From the NCBI RefSeq assembly GCF_964355755.1, contig NC_092676.1, forward strand, positions 7,293,888 to 7,357,887: DNA of 64,000 nt, read 5' to 3'. How positions within the stretch are numbered: position 1 is the stretch's first letter; the number at the start of each line of letters is the position of its first letter. The stretch comes from Antedon mediterranea. Its lineage: Eukaryota > Animalia > Echinodermata. The position numbers were made by a program, and so were the translations under genes. Under the pieces are notes generated by a model, which saw only the letters and a list, made by a program, of their open reading frames with translations, was not told where the DNA came from and made no database searches. Positions 59,709 to 64,000 of the stretch are shown here, one piece after another.

Positions 59709-62700
59709 ATGGCATCTGTCGAAATTCCATTAAAAGACACTGATGAGGTTAGTATTTTTATGCGGGGATTCCTAGCCGTCTCTCTCCCCCCAGCAGCTAG
59801 CCTAGCCAGACGAGGCCGAATTTACCGCTAGTGCGGTGCTAGCCTAGGCCTTTATTAGGCTAGGCCCCAGGCCTGGACCCCAACGAAAGCGTTGGCGGCA
59901 GTTAATTATGAAACGCCAATAGCGCTAATACAGTAATAGTGTGATATGCTATCACTATAATAAGTATAATGAAGGCCTAGTAGGTAGGCCTATATAGGCC
60001 TAGTATAGGCTAGTTCTTTTTTTTTTAATGAATTAATGAAGTAGGTCTAGCCTAGGCCTAGGCCTATACAACTTATAATAATAATAGCCTAGGTAATTTT
60101 AGTAAATTAATATTATAATATAATAAAGTAAAGACTGAGCTAGGGCCGCCTAGCTAGACCTACTCTTCTAAAACAAAATTCAGTTTAAATAATTAGGTAA
60201 CAATGCAAGTAAATTAATTACTCATGACATATAATGTTGTAGGTGATAGAGTTGGATCTTGATCAACTCCCTGATGGCGAAGAAGTATTGGGTATTCTGA
60301 AGCAGGAGAACGCACCTTTGCAAACATGGATCACACTAGGGGTAAGAAAAACTACTAGGCCTACCTAGTAGGCCCTGATCTCTTTATCAAAATATGTTAT
60401 ATAAATGCTTTATAATTTTCATTAATAATCAAACATTATTAGAACTGTTTCTATCTTTAGCTGGAGTACTACAAGCAAGGGAAAGTTGACGATTTTGTGA
60501 AAATCTTTGAGTCATGGCAAAATGATGCTAATTGCAGTTATGCAGGCAGCGATAAAGACCAGATGACAGCCCTAGACACGCTCGCAGCGTATTACGTGCA
60601 GCAGGCCCGCAAAGAGAAGAACAAAGAGAGGAAGAAAGACCTATTTACTCAGGCAACCCTTCTCTACACCATGGCAGATAAAATCATTATGTACGATCAG
60701 GTATGATAGTGATGTTACAGTATATGTTTGTTATTGTGTTTGTTATTATTTATTTATACTGGGCGTCAACAACTGGTCTTCCAGAGGGCCCAGTTATGAT
60801 CAGTGGCTGTTATGTACTACTAGTACACCGGGGTAACCCCCTACAGTACCCCCCTACAGTACCCCCCTACAGTACTCGTTTCGAAAGTTGTACTAGGTTT
60901 TTAAAAGTGCACATGAGCTAGATTAGATATGTACACTCCTGGACCTACGGTTTATAGTCCTTATTCTAAAAAACTTGTTCTACCACCAAAACCATGGAGT
61001 GAGTGAGGCCCGAACCCTTGCCGATATTATGGCTACGTAATTACGGTTCCACTGTCTTAACCACTTTGCCACTCACTCGCTCACTATCAAAAGGATAATT
61101 GTGGGTATCAAATTAAAAAACAAAAAAGGAAAATTCAATAAAGGTGTAATAATTTAATCGGAAGGATTAATAAAATTAGTTGAAATCTAAGTCCTTGGTG
61201 TTGTATTTAATATATTAAAATAGTCGTTCAATAATATTTTTTTTTGGTGTACGAACAAAAAAAATCGCATTTGGAAAATATTTATTTTATACTATTGCTT
61301 TTGAAATACAACAGTGCCACCTATTTTTATGCTTCTGCCCTAACACTAAACCCCTTTAATCATTCACCTCATGCCATTATTTGTACCATTACACTCATAA
61401 ACATTAATTATTTGTATATTAAACTCTTTTAAAAATGTTATTTTTAGAACCATCTGCTTGGTAGAGCCTGCTTCTTTCTACTGGAAGGGGATAAAATGGA
61501 CCAAGCCGATGCACAGTTTAATTTTGTTTTAAATCAAGATGCCTCCAATATCCCTGCTCTCCTTGGTAAGAATTTTGATAACTTCATTAATTGAACATCA
61601 CTCAATAGTATGATGTTCTCCTCAGATTAACAATGAAGTTTTATAAAGCACCATATCCGTGATATCGCTCATGGTGCTTGGATGTTAAACCTTTTCCCTT
61701 AAGGGTCACTTCATGTCACCGGATGCCAACTACGACGCCATTACATATATATTTATTTAAGTTTGCTTCATAAATAGAGTATTAATTGTATCTGTTTTCC
61801 GTTTCATACTTTTAAGTGGCAACTTTCATTGCTGTTGATTTTGATAAAATAAATTTACGTCTCTTCATGACAGTGGCTGTGTGGGCTAGTACACTGGGGT
61901 AACCCCTAACTCGTCTCTAAAGATGTATTAGGTTTTTTAAAGAATGATACCCTAGTATCATGGTCATAATTGCCATGTAACTCTAACGCTAATATAGCCA
62001 ACCCCCCTTCCCTTTTTCTACCTTCTCCCCACACATCTATGTGCAGTATTATAGTAATTCCCCATGTCTTTACGATTGAAATCTGGGGAATTTCACCAAA
62101 AACCTATAAAAAAAATGTTGTCCAAATTTGATTACAAAATAGATAAATTTATGGCCATTAATATGAAAATAATAAAATAATTTAGTTTAAAATCCTGTAA
62201 GTTGCCTTGAATTTGTATTAAATAAAAAAAAATGTTTTTCTTTTCAGGTAAAGCTTGTATATCCTTTAACAGAAAAGACTACAGAGGAGCGTTAGCCTAC
62301 TATAAGAAAGCTCTCAGAACCAACCCTAACTGTCCTGGTGGGTTAAGGCTTTGTCTACACTATCAAACTTCATGTAAAAAATTAGATGTGGCCATATATG
62401 GAGATGATGACATCGTATCACTACCATATTTGGGCACATCACACTTTTTATTTTTAAACTAGTTTGATAGTGTGAGATGAGCTTAAAGCACTATAGTTTA
62501 CATTATGTGATATTTTAATTAATAATTTTTATGTTAATTGAATCGCTACTACCTAATTTATCTTTTTATGAGATTTGACCGATCACATGAAAGGGTAATA
62601 AATAATTAAAAGAACCGTAAATTTTCAGTGAAAATACCTGATCTTTCCTAAATTTGTATTAAGGGATTCTGCCAAAAATGAAAGACGATTAATTCAGCAA

Positions 62701-63603
62701 GACAAGAAATGACCTGGTTTAATATTTTTAAAGTTATATTATGCATTATTTTTACAAAAACGTCAAAAATGCAGGTCTAGTGTCTTTAAATTTTAACGCA
62801 TTCTTTTTGTATAATTTCAGCTGCAGTAAGACTTGGTATGGGACATTGTTTCATGAAACTGGGCAAGTTTGAGAAAGCTAGGCTAGCGTTTGTACGAGCA
62901 ATGGCGCTCGACTCCAAGAGTGTTGGCACCTTAGTAGGACTAGCTGTGCTAGAGCTGAACAGTAAAGAGGCGGATTCCATTAAGAATGGCGTACAGCTTC
63001 TCTCTAAAGCGTACACCATTGATTCTGGGAACCCTATGGTGCTTAATCATCTCGCTAATCATTTCTTTTTTAAAAAGGTAGATTTAATTTTGTACTATTC
63101 AATGTTGCACTATTCAATGTTGCACTATTCAATGTCGCACTATTCAATGTCGCACTATTCAATTTCTTCTACTACTGTTTACTCATTAACATTTTTATGT
63201 CATAATGATAATTTAATTAATTAATAAATTAACCTTTTTTTGTGTTATCATACACACTGTTAAAAGTATACAATATATTTTATTTATTTTATTTTAATTT
63301 ATGTATTTAGGCACATTGGATTACCAATTAGTAAATGAATCACTGTCCTATCAGATAGGTGGTAATCCTTCTGAACAGTGGTTATTTTGTAAACCAGTTC
63401 ACCAGAATTAGAATCGAGTCTGTCTTGAACCCATGCCGATTATTGTTGGCTTTTAGGTATGGTATTTTTTATTATTATATATTTTTTCTTTAAAGGACTA
63501 CAATAAGGTACAGCACCTTGCATTACATGCATTCCACGGCACAGAAAACGAATCTATCCAAGCGGAAAGTTGCTACCAACTGGCAAGATCATTCCATGTC
63601 CAG
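59709..63603 (+). CDS. CTR9: Paf1 complex subunit CTR9, 5' part (exons 59709-59747, 60243-60341, 60461-60700, 61448-61565, 62248-62337, 62821-63077, 63496-63603); continues beyond the window
   Basis: [63 protein letters not shown] and [18 protein letters not shown]. Confidence 0.96.
60755..61080 (-). mobile_element. tRNA-derived SINE with Deu/Nin-like central domain; other copies or fragments at about 18390-18470, 23600-23822, 25985-26145, 28760-28880, 40075-40120, 55735-56117 and 61870-61945
   Basis: Minus strand has A box tggcaaagtggttaag and B box ggttcgggcc, then ataaggactataaaccgtaggtcc...gagtagggggttaccccggtgt, resembling the DeuSINE core as I recall it. Confidence 0.7.
63095..63165. 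repeat. 15-bp tandem repeat (cactattcaatgt(t/c)g) in a CTR9 intron
   Basis: About 4.5 visible copies. Confidence 0.85.
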
Positions 63604-64000
63604 GTGAGGCATTTTTTTATATAAGGGCGTGTGGTGCAGTGTGTTAGATGCACGTTAAACTACTGATCGTAGGTTGGAATCCCAACATTCGTCGCATTGC
63701 TTGTATCCTTAGGCAAGATACTTTACTTCGTTTGTATTCCTGCACCCAGGTGTACAAATGGGTACCTGCTTAGGTCAAGACACAACTTTGCGCTGATTAC
63801 TAGCTGCTTTATGGGGGTATGTTTCCATACGTATTGATCTAAAAAGGGCCGAAGTAATAATATGTTCAGTGCTTAGAATTTTCACAACATTAGCAGCTTT
63901 ATAATTCTAGGATATTATTATATAATTGATAAAATTATATTATTTCTTATTTTATTTTCTTGTTTCTCAAATTGGGAATAATAACAAAAATCTATGCTTT

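Noticed and set aside
60985-61080. tRNA gene on the minus strand (similar at 23740-23822, and on the plus strand at 13973 and 63623)
   Set aside because: A and B boxes are present but I could not fold a clean cloverleaf, and each continues into a SINE body.

Overview
AT-rich, intron-containing animal genomic DNA. An invertebrate deuterostome such as an echinoderm is plausible, but that is inferred from the HYR relic, the Deu-type SINEs and gene style. I reconstructed 12 protein-coding genes by reading splice sites: a PAQR/mPR 3' end, NSUN4, a YccV-domain gene, COQ3, MATCAP/KIAA0895-like, CTU1, an intronless Olig-type bHLH, ANKRD42, a membrane-anchored non-RD kinase, a pseudokinase-tandem-DED fusion, TMEM35/NACHO-like and the 5' part of CTR9. 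Introns and spacers hold many non-autonomous DNA transposons (Harbinger-, Kolobok-, hAT-, P-, Tc1/mariner- and Merlin-like by termini and TSD) and two tRNA-derived SINE families. The most unusual region is about 44.2-52.2 kb. There, a catalytically intact membrane kinase and an MLKL-like pseudokinase fused to two death-effector-like domains are arranged head-to-head around a short shared promoter. The locus also carries a frameshifted HYR exon relic and ~180-bp direct repeats flanking the active kinase. It is a candidate lineage-specific innate-immune/cell-death module. A second recurring signal is clusters of TAGGCCTA just downstream of most housekeeping 5' ends. All family assignments come from recognising motifs by eye; no searches were run.
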